Shown piece by piece: positions 1 to 10,600 of a DNA stretch of 64,000 nt. This stretch comes from Longimicrobiales bacterium. Lineage in GTDB: Bacteria > Gemmatimonadota > Gemmatimonadetes > Longimicrobiales > Gaopeijiaceae. Location of the stretch: NCBI GenBank assembly GCA_965204735.1, contig OZ242008.1, positions 1,184,001 to 1,248,000 of the forward strand, written 5' to 3'. The notes under the pieces were generated by a model. It ran no database searches and had not been told where the DNA came from. It saw only the letters and a program-made list of their open reading frames with translations. Within the stretch, counting starts at the first letter, position 1. The number at the start of each line of letters is the position of its first letter. The position numbers and the translations under genes are program-made.

Positions 1-1
1 G

Positions 2-754
2 CCAGGCGCCGTTCGTCGAGCCGTGGCGACGGCGTCGCCGGACGTGGTGTTCCACTGCGCGGCCTACACCGCCGTGGACCGGGCCGAGGCGGAGCCGGAG
101 AGGGCGTTCGCCGTGAACGAAGGCGGGGCGGCGAACGTGGCTGCTGCTGCGGCGACGGCAGGAGCGCTGATGATCTATCCGTCGACCGACTACGTCTTTG
201 CCGGAGATTCGGCGGTTCCTTGCCGTCCCGACGACGCCACGGCGCCTCGCAGCGTCTACGGGCGGTCGAAGCTGGCGGGAGAGGAGGCGGTGCGGCGTTC
301 CGGCGCGCGCCACCTGATCGTCCGCACCAGCTGGCTCTTCGGCGCCGGCGGGCGAAACTTCGTGGACGCAGTGCTCGCCCGGGCCCGGAAGGGCGAGCGC
401 CTTCGGGTCGTGGACGACCAGACGGGCCGGCCGACGTGGACCGACGAGCTGGCCCGGGCCGTCGCGGAGCTGGCGCGCGGCGGACGGGTAGGGATACATC
501 ACCTCGCTTGCTCCGGGCAGGCCACTTGGCGGGAGCTGGCGCAGGAGGCGCTTCGACTCGCCGGCGTCGCCGGGACGGTCGAGGCCGTGAGCACGGAGGA
601 GTTCGGCGCCGCGGCGCCGCGTCCAAGGTGGTCCGTGCTGGACGTGTCGGCGACGGAGGCGGCGCTGGGCCGGCCCATGCCCTCCTGGCAGGACGCGCTG
701 GCCATGTACCTGGGCGGCGCAGCGCGCGTCGGGCGGGAGGGCGCCGGTCGATGA
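2..754 (+). CDS. rfbD: dTDP-4-dehydrorhamnose reductase (5' truncated by window edge)
   Basis: CAAYTAVDRAE, STDYVF, YGRSK (YxxxK) and VDDQTGRPT motifs; stop overlaps next ATG (ATGA). Confidence 0.93.
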   Translation, partial: PGAVRRAVATASPDVVFHCAAYTAVDRAEAEPERAFAVNEGGAANVAAAAATAGALMIYPSTDYVFAGDSAVPCRPDDATAPRSVYGRSKLAGEEAVRRSGARHLIVRTSWLFGAGGRNFVDAVLARARKGERLRVVDDQTGRPTWTDELARAVAELARGGRVGIHHLACSGQATWRELAQEALRLAGVAGTVEAVSTEEFGAAAPRPRWSVLDVSATEAALGRPMPSWQDALAMYLGGAARVGREGAGR

Positions 755-1551
755 AGGGCGTGGTGCTGGCCGGAGGAATGGGCAGCCGCCTGCGTCCCAT
801 GACCCTGGTCACCAACAAGCACCTCCTGCCCGTCTACGACCGGCCCATGATCTACTATCCCCTGCAGCAGCTCGTGCACGCGGGCGTCCGCGAGATCATG
901 GTGGTGACGGGGGGAAGCTGCGCCGGCGACTTCCTGCGCCTGCTGGGCAACGGGAAGGCGTTCGGCCTGGACCACATCCACTACGCCTATCAGGAAGGCC
1001 ACGGAGGCATTGCGGAGGCCCTTGGACTGGCGGAGCACTTTGCGGACTCGGAGCCGGTCGTGGTGATCCTGGGGGACAACATCTTCGAAGACTCGCTGGC
1101 GCCGGCGGTGTCGGCCTACCGGGCTCGGAGCGCCGGGGCGATGGTGATGCTGAAGGCAGTCCCCGACCCGGAGCGGTTCGGCGTGGCGGAGCTCGAAGGC
1201 GGCGTCCTCGGGCGGATCGCGGAGAAGCCGATTGCGCCGGCGTCCAGCTTGGCCGTGACCGGGTGCTACTTCTACGACGCCCGCGTCTTTGCCATGATCC
1301 GGGCCCTGGAGAAGTCGCCCCGGGGCGAGCTCGAGATCACGGAGGTCAACAACCGGTACATCGAGATCGGCGCCATGTCGCACCGGGTGCTGTCCGGATG
1401 GTGGACCGACGCCGGCACGGTCGCATCCCTCTACCGGGCGACGCGTCTGGTGGCCGAAACCGACGCCCCGGTGCTGCGGCGGACTCGGCTTGCGCCCGGT
1501 CTGCCGGAGGGCGCGCTCCAAGAAGAAGCCCGGAGCGCAGGAGCGGCGTGA
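751..1551 (+). CDS. rfbA: glucose-1-phosphate thymidylyltransferase (RmlA/SpsI-like)
   Basis: MKGVVLAGGMGSRLRP, NKHLLPVYDRPMIYYP, RGELEITE; ATG 751 overlaps rfbD stop. Confidence 0.9.
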   Translation: MKGVVLAGGMGSRLRPMTLVTNKHLLPVYDRPMIYYPLQQLVHAGVREIMVVTGGSCAGDFLRLLGNGKAFGLDHIHYAYQEGHGGIAEALGLAEHFADSEPVVVILGDNIFEDSLAPAVSAYRARSAGAMVMLKAVPDPERFGVAELEGGVLGRIAEKPIAPASSLAVTGCYFYDARVFAMIRALEKSPRGELEITEVNNRYIEIGAMSHRVLSGWWTDAGTVASLYRATRLVAETDAPVLRRTRLAPGLPEGALQEEARSAGAA

Positions 1552-2567
1552 GGCTGCTGGTCACAGGCGGAGCCGGGTTCGTCGGCGCGAACCTCGTCCG
1601 CCTCCTTCTGGCCGAGACCCGCCATCGGATCGTCAACCTGGACCTGCTCACCTACGCCGGAAACCTGGACAACCTCAAGGGCGCGACCCACGCGGCGAGG
1701 CACCGCTTCGTCCGTGGCGACATCTGCGACGAGAAGCTGGTGCGGGAGCTCGTCGACGGCGCGGACGCCATCGTGAACGTCGCCGCCGAGTCCCACGTGG
1801 ACCGCTCCATCGCCAGCGCCGCGCCCTTCGTGCGGACGAACGTGCTGGGGACGCAGACCCTGTTGGCTGCCGCGGTGGAAGGCGGGGTCTCCCGGTTCGT
1901 TCAAGTCTCCACCGACGAGGTGTACGGCTCGCTGGGCAGGGACGGGCGCTTCACCGAAGAGACGCCGCTGGCGCCCCGTTCGCCGTACTCGGCGAGCAAG
2001 GCGGGCGGGGACCTGCTGGCGCTGGCGTACCACGAGACCTACGGGCTGGACGTGGTGGTGACCCGCTGCTCCAACAACTACGGACCGTACCAATTTCCCG
2101 AGAAGCTGGTCCCGCTGTCGATCACGAACGCGATTCGGCGGAGACCGATCCCGCTCTACGGCGACGGCCTTCACGTCAGGGACTGGATGCACGTGGACGA
2201 TCACTGCCGAGGCATTCTGGCCGCTCTGGAGCAAGGACGCGCGGGAGAGGCGTACAACTTCGGAGCGGAATCGGAGCGCACCAACTCGTGGATGGTGGAT
2301 CGGATCGTGGCGGAAGCCGGCGGGACTCCGGAGCTCGTGGCGATGGTGGCCGACCGGCCGGGACACGATCGCCGCTACGCCGTCGATCCGGCGAAGTCGA
2401 TGCGCGAGCTCGGGTGGAGCCCGAGGGTGAGGCTGGAGGAGGGCCTCGTGGAGACGGTGGCCTGGTACCGGCGAAACGAGTGGTGGTGGCGTCGGATCGA
2501 GTCCGGCGAGTACGCAGGCGCCGGGTCCCGCTGGACCGGAGAGCCGACGGACAGAGGAGCGGCGTGA
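1548..2567 (+). CDS. rfbB: dTDP-glucose 4,6-dehydratase
   Basis: LVTGGAGFVG, AAESHVDRSI, STDEVYG, YSASK, DRPGHDRRY; GTGA coupling. Confidence 0.95.
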   Translation: MRLLVTGGAGFVGANLVRLLLAETRHRIVNLDLLTYAGNLDNLKGATHAARHRFVRGDICDEKLVRELVDGADAIVNVAAESHVDRSIASAAPFVRTNVLGTQTLLAAAVEGGVSRFVQVSTDEVYGSLGRDGRFTEETPLAPRSPYSASKAGGDLLALAYHETYGLDVVVTRCSNNYGPYQFPEKLVPLSITNAIRRRPIPLYGDGLHVRDWMHVDDHCRGILAALEQGRAGEAYNFGAESERTNSWMVDRIVAEAGGTPELVAMVADRPGHDRRYAVDPAKSMRELGWSPRVRLEEGLVETVAWYRRNEWWWRRIESGEYAGAGSRWTGEPTDRGAA

Positions 2568-3934
2568 AGATCGCCGTCGTAGGCACCGGATACGTGGGAC
2601 TGACCACGGGCGCTTGCCTTGCCGAGACCGGCCACGAGGTGGTGTGCGCGGACATCTTGGAGGAGAAGATCGCCGAGCTGCAGGACGGACGGATCCCCTT
2701 CTACGAGCCCGGCCTGGAGCAGATCGTCCGCCACAACTTGGCCGAACGGAGACTGCTCTTCACAACGGACGTGGCAGCGGCGGTTCGGCGGTCCTACGTC
2801 GTCTTCATCGCCGTGGGGACGCCGCCCAACGAGGACGGCTCCGCCGATCTGCACCACGTCCTGGACGCGGCGGGCGCCATCGGTCGGGCGATGGACGGAG
2901 AGCGCATCGTGGTCACCAAGAGCACTGTGCCCGTGGGGACCGTGGCCCAGGTGCGGAGGGCGATGGAAGCCGAGACGCGCCACCCGGTGCACGTCTGCTC
3001 CAACCCGGAGTTCCTGCGGGAAGGCGCCGCCGTGCGGGACTTCATGCAGCCGGACCGCGTGGTGATCGGAGTGGACGACCCAGGAGCGGCCGAGGTGCTG
3101 CGGGACCTCTACGCGCCGTTCGCGGGCGCCGACCGCCAGGTCGTGGTGATGGACTCGGCGTCGGCGGAGATCACCAAGTACGCAGCCAACGCCATGCTGG
3201 CGACCCGGATCAGCCTCGTCAACGCAATCGCCGCGCTGTGCGAGCGAGTGGGCGCCGACGTGGAGTTGGTTCGCCGCGGGATCGGCACCGACCGGCGGAT
3301 CGGACCCGCCTGCCTCTTCCCAGGCGTGGGGTACGGCGGCTCTTGCCTTCCGAAGGACGTGAAGGCGCTGGCCCGCACCATGCGGGAGGCGGACCTGGAC
3401 TCGGCGATCGTGGAAGCCGTGGACGGCTTCAACGAGCGTCAGAAGGTGGTTCTGGTGGAGAAGGTCGTGGCGCGCTTCGGGCCGGTTCTGGACGGCTTGG
3501 TCTTTGCCGTGTGGGGCTTGGCCTTCAAGCCCGACACGGACGACATGCGGGAGGCGTCCAGCTTGGCGACGGTCCGCGGCCTGCTCGAACGCGGCGCCAA
3601 GCTCGTGGTCCACGATCCGGCCGCGATTGGGAAGGCGAAGCAGATCTTGGGCCGTTCCGTGGAGTACAGAAGCCGCGACTACGACGCCCTCGAGGGAGCC
3701 GACGCGCTGATCGTGCACACCGAGTGGCAGCAGTACCGGCGACCGAACTTCGGACGGATCCGGAGCCTGATGCGGAGGGCGGTCGTCTTCGACGGGCGCA
3801 ACCTCTACGACCCCGACGAGATGCGGAGGCGGGGGTTCGAGTACCACTCGGTAGGCCGGCCCCCGGTCGTGCCGGCGGCGGCCGGGCCGAACGGGGCCGG
3901 GGATGCGCAGGCGAGGGTCGCGAGCCCCCGATGA
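2564..3934 (+). CDS. ugd: UDP-glucose/GDP-mannose family 6-dehydrogenase
   Basis: [29 protein letters not shown] (catalytic Cys), [14 protein letters not shown] coupling. Confidence 0.93.
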   Translation: MKIAVVGTGYVGLTTGACLAETGHEVVCADILEEKIAELQDGRIPFYEPGLEQIVRHNLAERRLLFTTDVAAAVRRSYVVFIAVGTPPNEDGSADLHHVLDAAGAIGRAMDGERIVVTKSTVPVGTVAQVRRAMEAETRHPVHVCSNPEFLREGAAVRDFMQPDRVVIGVDDPGAAEVLRDLYAPFAGADRQVVVMDSASAEITKYAANAMLATRISLVNAIAALCERVGADVELVRRGIGTDRRIGPACLFPGVGYGGSCLPKDVKALARTMREADLDSAIVEAVDGFNERQKVVLVEKVVARFGPVLDGLVFAVWGLAFKPDTDDMREASSLATVRGLLERGAKLVVHDPAAIGKAKQILGRSVEYRSRDYDALEGADALIVHTEWQQYRRPNFGRIRSLMRRAVVFDGRNLYDPDEMRRRGFEYHSVGRPPVVPAAAGPNGAGDAQARVASPR

Positions 3935-4008
3935 GAGCGGTCGTCGCGGGAGCAGCGGGCTTCCTGCGGAACTGCTCTTCGCGCTGCGGGATGCCGAGTC
4001 CCCGATGA
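3931..4008 (+). CDS. 25-aa mini-ORF, diverged copy of the start of the next gene
   Basis: [12 protein letters not shown] vs [12 protein letters not shown] (31/36 nt identical); ATGA overlaps at both ends. Confidence 0.4.
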   Translation: MRAVVAGAAGFLRNCSSRCGMPSPR

Positions 4009-5003
4009 GAGCGGTGATCACGGGGGCCGCGGGCTTCCTGGGTTCCCACTTGGTGGACCGCTTCCTCGCCGAGGGCTGGGAGGTCGTGGGAGTGGACAAC
4101 TTGATCACCGGCGCCCGGGAGAACTTGGCCCACCTGGCGGGCGACCCCCGCTTCCGACTGCTGGAACACGACGTGGCGGAGCCCTTCGACGTGGGAGGCC
4201 CTGTGGACGGGATTCTGCACTTCGCGTCGCCCGCGAGCCCTTTGGACTACTTCGAGCTGCCCATCGAGACCCTGAAGGTGGGCGGACATGGAACCCACAA
4301 CGTCCTGGAGATCGCTCGGCGCCACGACGCCCGCTGCCTGCTGGCGTCCACTTCCGAGGTCTACGGCGACCCCAAGGTCCATCCGCAGCGGGAAGACTAC
4401 TGGGGCAACGTCAATCCAGTCGGCCCCAGGGGCGTGTACGACGAGGCCAAGCGCTACGCCGAGGCCGTCGCCATGGCGTACCACCGGACCTATCGGACAG
4501 ACGTCCGGATCGCCAGGATATTCAACACCTACGGCCCGCGCATCCGACCCGGAGACGGCCGGGTCGTCTCCAACTTCGTCGTGCAGAGCCTTCGAGGCGA
4601 GCCGCTGACGGTGTACGGCGACGGGTCCCAGACCCGGTCGCTCTGCTACGTGGACGACCAGATCGACGGCATCTTCCGGCTGTTCGGCTCCGGCTGGGCC
4701 CGACCGGTCAACATCGGGAACCCCCGCGAGTTCACGATCCTGGAGCTGGCGCGGATCGTCGCAGAGGAAACGGGCAACCCTTCGCCGGTGTCGCACCTGC
4801 CCATGCCGACGGACGACCCCGCAGTGCGGTGCCCGGACATCGCGATCGCGCGGCGGGAGCTGGGCTGGACACCGAAGGTCGGCCTGCGCGAGGGGCTGCG
4901 GAAGACGATTCGGCACTTCCAGCGGCTGATCGATGCGGGGGAGGACGTTCGGTCGCGGACGTGGGAGGCCGGAGGGAGCGTCGCCGCCCAGCCGCCGACC
5001 TAG
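4005..5003 (+). CDS. UDP-glucuronate decarboxylase / UDP-xylose synthase family SDR
   Basis: [53 protein letters not shown]. Confidence 0.9.
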   Translation: MRAVITGAAGFLGSHLVDRFLAEGWEVVGVDNLITGARENLAHLAGDPRFRLLEHDVAEPFDVGGPVDGILHFASPASPLDYFELPIETLKVGGHGTHNVLEIARRHDARCLLASTSEVYGDPKVHPQREDYWGNVNPVGPRGVYDEAKRYAEAVAMAYHRTYRTDVRIARIFNTYGPRIRPGDGRVVSNFVVQSLRGEPLTVYGDGSQTRSLCYVDDQIDGIFRLFGSGWARPVNIGNPREFTILELARIVAEETGNPSPVSHLPMPTDDPAVRCPDIAIARRELGWTPKVGLREGLRKTIRHFQRLIDAGEDVRSRTWEAGGSVAAQPPT

Positions 5004-5128
5004 CGACGGCCCGGCGTCCCAGCGGAACCGGCCGGATCGCAAAGTCGGGCCTGCCGGCGACGGCCGGGGCGCGTCGGCGCCGGGGAGAAGGAGCCCAAGT
5101 CCGCGCTCCGATTCGTTAGATTCAGGCA

Positions 5129-6136
5129 ATGAGACCGCGGAGAGATCAGCGACACGAAGCGGGACGCGGGCGCAGCGCCGTCGTCGCGGCACGGACCCGG
5201 GTCCGGCCCGCGGGCGCCGTCCACTCGCGGGCGACGTTGCTTCTGACCGGCGCTGCGTCCGTTCTGCTGGCGGCGTGCGGCTCAGGTCCGGGGCAGAACA
5301 CGGCTGCGGCGCGGGGGAACCGGGCGTTCGCGCAGGGGGACTACGACCAGGCTCTGGCCGAGTACCTCCTTGCAGTTCGGGAGGATTCCACTGCCGAGAA
5401 CTTGGCCAGGGCAGCCCACACATACGTGGCGTTGGGGCGGGTGGACGAGGCCCGGCTGCACTACCAGGCGGCGGTGTCGGCGGAAGACGGCGGCTGGGCC
5501 GATCAAGCGGCGGCGGACTTCCTTGCCCTCGCCCGGGACTTGAACGCGGAGGGAGACAGCTACGGCGCCGCCTACGCCAGGGAGGTCGCGGTGGCCTTTC
5601 GGCCAGGCGCGGGAGTCGACCAGCTGGCCGCCCCCCTTGCCCGCCACTACCAAGAAGCGGGAGAGCACGTGCGGGCCCTGGCGCTGTGGACGCGGGGGGC
5701 CGGCGTGAACGACCCCGACGAGGTCCACGCCACCGGCAGGGCCTACCAGGAGATCGGCGACTGCGTGCGTGCGCTGGCCTACTACCAGCGACTTCGGGAG
5801 CTGGCGCCGCGACGGGCGGCGGAGGTGCGTTCCAACGAGGGCACCTGCCACTACGAGCTCGCCTTGGATCGGGAGGAGGCGGGAGACCTTCAAGAAGCGG
5901 TCCGCTACCTGAACGTCTTCTTGCAGGAGTTCGGCGAGCCGAGGAGCCTGCGTCCACAGGCGTACTACAAGCTGGGCGAGGCGTACGAGGAGCTGGGAAT
6001 GTGCCAGGAAGCGGCGACCGCGTACCGCATGGCGACGCAGACGGGAGTGGCAGGCTCCAGCGACCTGGCCCGGCGAGCCGAGGAGCGGGAGAACGCGATC
6101 CGGTTCGGCGGCGGAGGCGGCAGCGCGCCGTGCTGA
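5129..6136 (+). CDS. tetratricopeptide-repeat lipoprotein
   Basis: LLAAC lipobox; repeated TPR-like helices (AYYKLGEAYEELG). Confidence 0.7.
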   Translation: MRPRRDQRHEAGRGRSAVVAARTRVRPAGAVHSRATLLLTGAASVLLAACGSGPGQNTAAARGNRAFAQGDYDQALAEYLLAVREDSTAENLARAAHTYVALGRVDEARLHYQAAVSAEDGGWADQAAADFLALARDLNAEGDSYGAAYAREVAVAFRPGAGVDQLAAPLARHYQEAGEHVRALALWTRGAGVNDPDEVHATGRAYQEIGDCVRALAYYQRLRELAPRRAAEVRSNEGTCHYELALDREEAGDLQEAVRYLNVFLQEFGEPRSLRPQAYYKLGEAYEELGMCQEAATAYRMATQTGVAGSSDLARRAEERENAIRFGGGGGSAPC

Positions 6137-6963
6137 GGCTGGACGGACCGGGAGGCCGGGGCTGGGGGGCGACGGCGGCGCTCCTGGGGGTCGCGTGCTC
6201 GTCGACGGCGCCGTTTGCCGGATGGACGGCGGATCAGCTCTTCGAGCACGGGCAAGAAGCCTTCGAAGAGGAGGACTGGGACGAGGCGCGGAGGGCGTTC
6301 GAGCGGCTGGTGCTCACCTTTCCCGGCTTCGACAGCACGGTGGCGGCGCGGCACTACCTGGCCGGGGCGTTCTTCGCCGACGAGGAGTACCTGAGCGCGG
6401 TCTCCGAGTTCACCCGGATCGTGCAGGTGCACCCCGACGACGAGCGCGCGCCGGAGGCGTGGATGGGCCTGTGCCGATCCTACTCGGCGATGTCGCCCCA
6501 CCCCCAGCGGGACCAGCAGTACACGGTGCAGGCTCGCACCACATGCCAGAACGTGGCCTCGGACTTCCCCGAGACCCCGGTCGGGGATTCGGCGACGGCG
6601 ATCGCCCTGGAGATGCACGCCAAGTTGGCCGCCAAGGCCTACGGCGAGGGCTACTTCTACTTTCAGCGGAAGATCCTGGAGTCGGCCGAACTCGTGTTCC
6701 TGGACTTGGTCGATTCCTTTGCGGGCACCGTGTGGGCGCCCCAGGCGATGGCTCGGCTGATCGACATCTACGAAGAGTGGGGCTGGGCGGAACAGCGGGA
6801 TGAGTTCGCGGCCAAGCTGCGGGACACGTACCCGGAGTCGCCGGAGGCCAGGGCGCTGATCCAGGCCGCCCCGAGCGACACCGCCACGTCGGTCCGAAGC
6901 CGCGCCCCGCCCCGAGCCGAGGGAAGGCGCCCGTCGCGACCATGGGCTGCCGGAAGCGCGTAG
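6130..6963 (+). CDS. bamD: outer membrane protein assembly factor BamD
   Basis: LGVAC lipobox, TPR pattern, PQRDQQYT motif; start GTG 6130 inferred. Confidence 0.8.
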   Translation: MLRLDGPGGRGWGATAALLGVACSSTAPFAGWTADQLFEHGQEAFEEEDWDEARRAFERLVLTFPGFDSTVAARHYLAGAFFADEEYLSAVSEFTRIVQVHPDDERAPEAWMGLCRSYSAMSPHPQRDQQYTVQARTTCQNVASDFPETPVGDSATAIALEMHAKLAAKAYGEGYFYFQRKILESAELVFLDLVDSFAGTVWAPQAMARLIDIYEEWGWAEQRDEFAAKLRDTYPESPEARALIQAAPSDTATSVRSRAPPRAEGRRPSRPWAAGSA

Positions 6964-7613
6964 GGGTCTTCGGGGGCGCCTTCGACCCGCCGCACCTGGG
7001 GCACTTGGCCGTCGCCCGGGCGGCGGCGGAAGGAGCCTCGCTGGACCGGGTCCTGTGGGTGCCGGCGGCGGTTCCTCCCCACAAGGTGGGCCGGGCGCTC
7101 GCCCCTGCCGAAGCGCGGCGGCGGATGGTGGAAGCGGCGATCCGCGACCACCCCGGGTTTCAGTTGTGCGACGTCGAGCTGCGGAGAGGGGGCGTGTCCT
7201 ACACCGTCGACACGCTGCGGACCCTCAAGGAGGCTCGCCCCGAGTGGCGGCTCTTTCTGATCGTGGGCGCCGATCTGCTCGCCGAGTTCTCTTCGTGGCA
7301 GGCGCCCGAGGCGCTCCTCGAAGCGGCCGAGCTGGTGGCAGTGGCGCGGAGGGGGGCGACGCTGGTCGGGAACTCTGCGAAGTTGAAGCTTCGGCCCAGG
7401 GTCGTGCGGATGCCGCGGGTCGACGTCTCGTCCTCGGAGGTTCGCAGGCGGGTGGCGGAAGGAAAGTCCCATGCAGCCATGTTGCCGGCCCAAGTCACGT
7501 CCATAATTGAAGGAGAAGGGCTCTACGGGCGCCGGACCGTCGGGTTCGGCCGAGCGAGCGGCCCCCAGAGGCGGACGCCTTCCCCCAACGGAAGGGTCCG
7601 AAGCGCAGAATGA
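6942..7613 (+). CDS. nadD: nicotinate-nucleotide adenylyltransferase
   Basis: GVFGGAFDPPHLGH, PPHK, SYTVDTL, IVGAD, VSSSEVR. Confidence 0.93.
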   Translation: MGCRKRVGVFGGAFDPPHLGHLAVARAAAEGASLDRVLWVPAAVPPHKVGRALAPAEARRRMVEAAIRDHPGFQLCDVELRRGGVSYTVDTLRTLKEARPEWRLFLIVGADLLAEFSSWQAPEALLEAAELVAVARRGATLVGNSAKLKLRPRVVRMPRVDVSSSEVRRRVAEGKSHAAMLPAQVTSIIEGEGLYGRRTVGFGRASGPQRRTPSPNGRVRSAE

Positions 7614-10600
7614 TCAAAGGCATCGTCAAGAAGATCGTCGGTTCCCGCCACGGACGGGAAGTCCGGCGACTGGCGCCCCTCGTCGGTCGGATCAACGCGC
7701 AGTGCGCGGCGCTGGCCGAGATCTCCGAGGAGGCGCTGAGGGCGAAGACCGACGAGTTTCGCGAGCGGGTCGGCGAGAGCGTGCAGGAGATCATGGCCGA
7801 GATCGAAGCGACCCGCGAACGGAAGCGCACGAGCGCCGACCCCGACGAGCGGGAGACCCTCGGCCTGGAGATCGGGAAGCTGGAAGAGCGCTGTCGCGAG
7901 GCGCTCGCAGAGGCCATGGAGGAGATCCTGCCCGAGGCCTTTGCCGTGGTGAAGGAGGCCTGCCGGCGGCTCGTCGGCCGGCAGGTGCGCGTGACGGGGC
8001 AGCTGCTGGAGTGGGACATGGTTCCTTACGACGTGCAGCTCATCGGCGCCGTCCAGCTGCACCGAGGGCAAGTCGCCGAGATGGCCACCGGCGAAGGGAA
8101 GACGCTGGTCGCCACCATGCCCCTCTACCTGAACGCGCTGGCTGGGCGGGGGGCGCACCTGGTCACCGTGAACTCGTACCTGGCGCAGCGGGACGCCGAA
8201 TGGATGGGGGCGATCTACGGCCTGCTGGGCCTGACGGTGGGGTGCATCGACCTCCACGAACCGGGCTCGCCGGAGCGCCGGGCGGCCTACAACGCCGACA
8301 TCACCTATGGGACCAACAACGAGTTCGGCTTCGACTACCTGCGAGACAACATGGTGCACTCCATGGAGCAGCGAGTGCAGCGCCGGCACTACTACGCGAT
8401 CATCGACGAGGTGGACTCGATCCTGGTCGACGAAGCCAGGACGCCCCTGATCATCTCGGGCCCGGTAAGCCGGGACACCTCCACGCCGTTCAAGCAGATG
8501 GCCCCGGTGGTGGGCGCGCTCTTCCGCAAGCAGTCGCGCACCGTGGGAGCCATGATCGCAGAGTCGGAGAAGTTCCTGGGGGAGGAAGGCGAGGAGCTCC
8601 GGTACGAGGCCGGAGAGAAGCTGCTGGCGGCGAAGCGCGGGGCGCCCAAGAACAAGCGGCTGATGAAGCTCTTCGCCGACCAGCCGGCGGTGGTGAAGCT
8701 CGTCGAGAAGGTCGAGGGGGACTACATGCGCGACAAGCGCCTCCACGAGATCGACGAGATGCTCTTCTTCGCCATGGACGAGAAGGGGAGCAACGTCCAC
8801 CTCTCGGACAAGGGGCTGGACGAGCTTTCGCCTGGAGACCCGGACGCCTTCGTGGTGCCGGACCTGTCGGAGGTCATGGGCCGGATACAGGAAGACGAGG
8901 AGCTCTCGCTGGAGGAGAGACGGAACCGAATCGCCGAGCTCGAGGCCGAGTACGCCGACAAGTCCCAGCAGATACACGTCATCCACCAGCTCCTGAAGGC
9001 GTACACGCTCTTCCACAAGGACGAGCGGTACATCATCGGCGACGACGGGGCCATCGTCATCGTGGACGAGTTCACGGGGCGGCAGATGCCGGGTCGCCGC
9101 TGGAGCGACGGGCTCCACCAGGCCGTGGAGGCGAAGGAGGGCGTGGAGGTGAAGGGCGAGACCCAGACCCTCGCCACGATCACGATCCAGAACTACTTCA
9201 GGATGTACGACAAGCTGGCGGGGATGACCGGCACCGCCGAGACGGAGGAGACCGAGTTCCACCAGATATACGGGCTCGACGTGGCCGTGGTCCCCACCAA
9301 CCGCGCGATCGCCCGCGACGACCGGGACGACCTGGTCTTCCGCACGAAGCGCGAGAAGTACGTGGCGATCATGGACGAGATCGAGCGTCTCAACCGCCTG
9401 GAGCTGCCAGTGCTGGTGGGGACCACCAACGTGGAGGTCTCCGAGACGCTCTCCCGAATGCTCCGCCGGCGGGGGCTGGCCCACAACGTCCTCAACGCCA
9501 AGCAGCACAAGCGCGAGTCGGAGGTCGTGGCCGAGGCGGGACGCGCCGGGGCGGTGACGATCGCGACGAACATGGCCGGGCGAGGCACGGACATCAAGCT
9601 GGGGCCGGGAGTGACCGAGCCCCGCACGATGGCGTGGGTGCGGGAGCGGGAGATGGAGCCGGAGGAAGTGGCCACCACCGATCCCAACCGTTGGGAGGAG
9701 CTGGACGGAAAGCCCGACGACCACATGGTCGAGGACGGCGGGCTCCACATCCTGGGGTCCGAACGCCACGAGGCGCGACGGATCGACCGGCAGCTGAGAG
9801 GCCGCGCGGGACGGCAAGGGGACCCCGGGGCGTCCCAGTTCTTCCTCTCGCTGGAGGACGACCTGATGCGCCTCTTCGGCGGCATGGAGCGGATCGCCAA
9901 GGCGATGGACCGGATGGGCGCGGAGGAGGGCGAAGTGATCACCCATCCGCTGGTCACCCGGTCGATCGGGCGGGCCCAGAAGCGAGTCGAGGGGAACAAC
10001 TTCGAGGCGCGCAAGCGGCTGCTGGACTACGACGACGTGATGAACCAGCAGCGGGAGGTGATCTACGACCTTCGGCTCTTCGCCCTCGAAGGAGGCGAGG
10101 ACCTGAGGAGCGAGCTCTGGGAGATGATCCGCCACACGATGGAAGCAGCCTTCGCGAGCCACCTGCCGGAATCGGGGCTGGAGGAGGGGATCGACGTGGC
10201 CGGCTTGCGGCAGCAGATGCTGCTCGACCTGCACACGGCGCTGCCGCCGCTGGAGAACGAGGGCGCGCAGGAGGAGTTGGAGCGGCGCGCCGTGCTGGAG
10301 GCGGCCGAGAAGGCGGTGCGCGAGTCCTTCGACCGGAAGATCGAGTCCTTCGGCGAGCTGCGGGAGCGGGTCATGGGCTTCGTCATGCTCTCGACGATCG
10401 ACAGCAAGTGGAAGGACCACCTTTACGACCTGGACCACCTGAAGGCGTCGATCGGCTTCCGGGGGTGGGGCCAGAAGGACCCGCTGGTCGAGTACAAGAA
10501 GGAAGCCTACGAGATGTTCGTGGGACTGATGGACGACATCCGGCGGACGGTGACCCAGAACTTCTTTCGGGTGCGGCTGGAGCAGCGGCCCGTCATGCGG

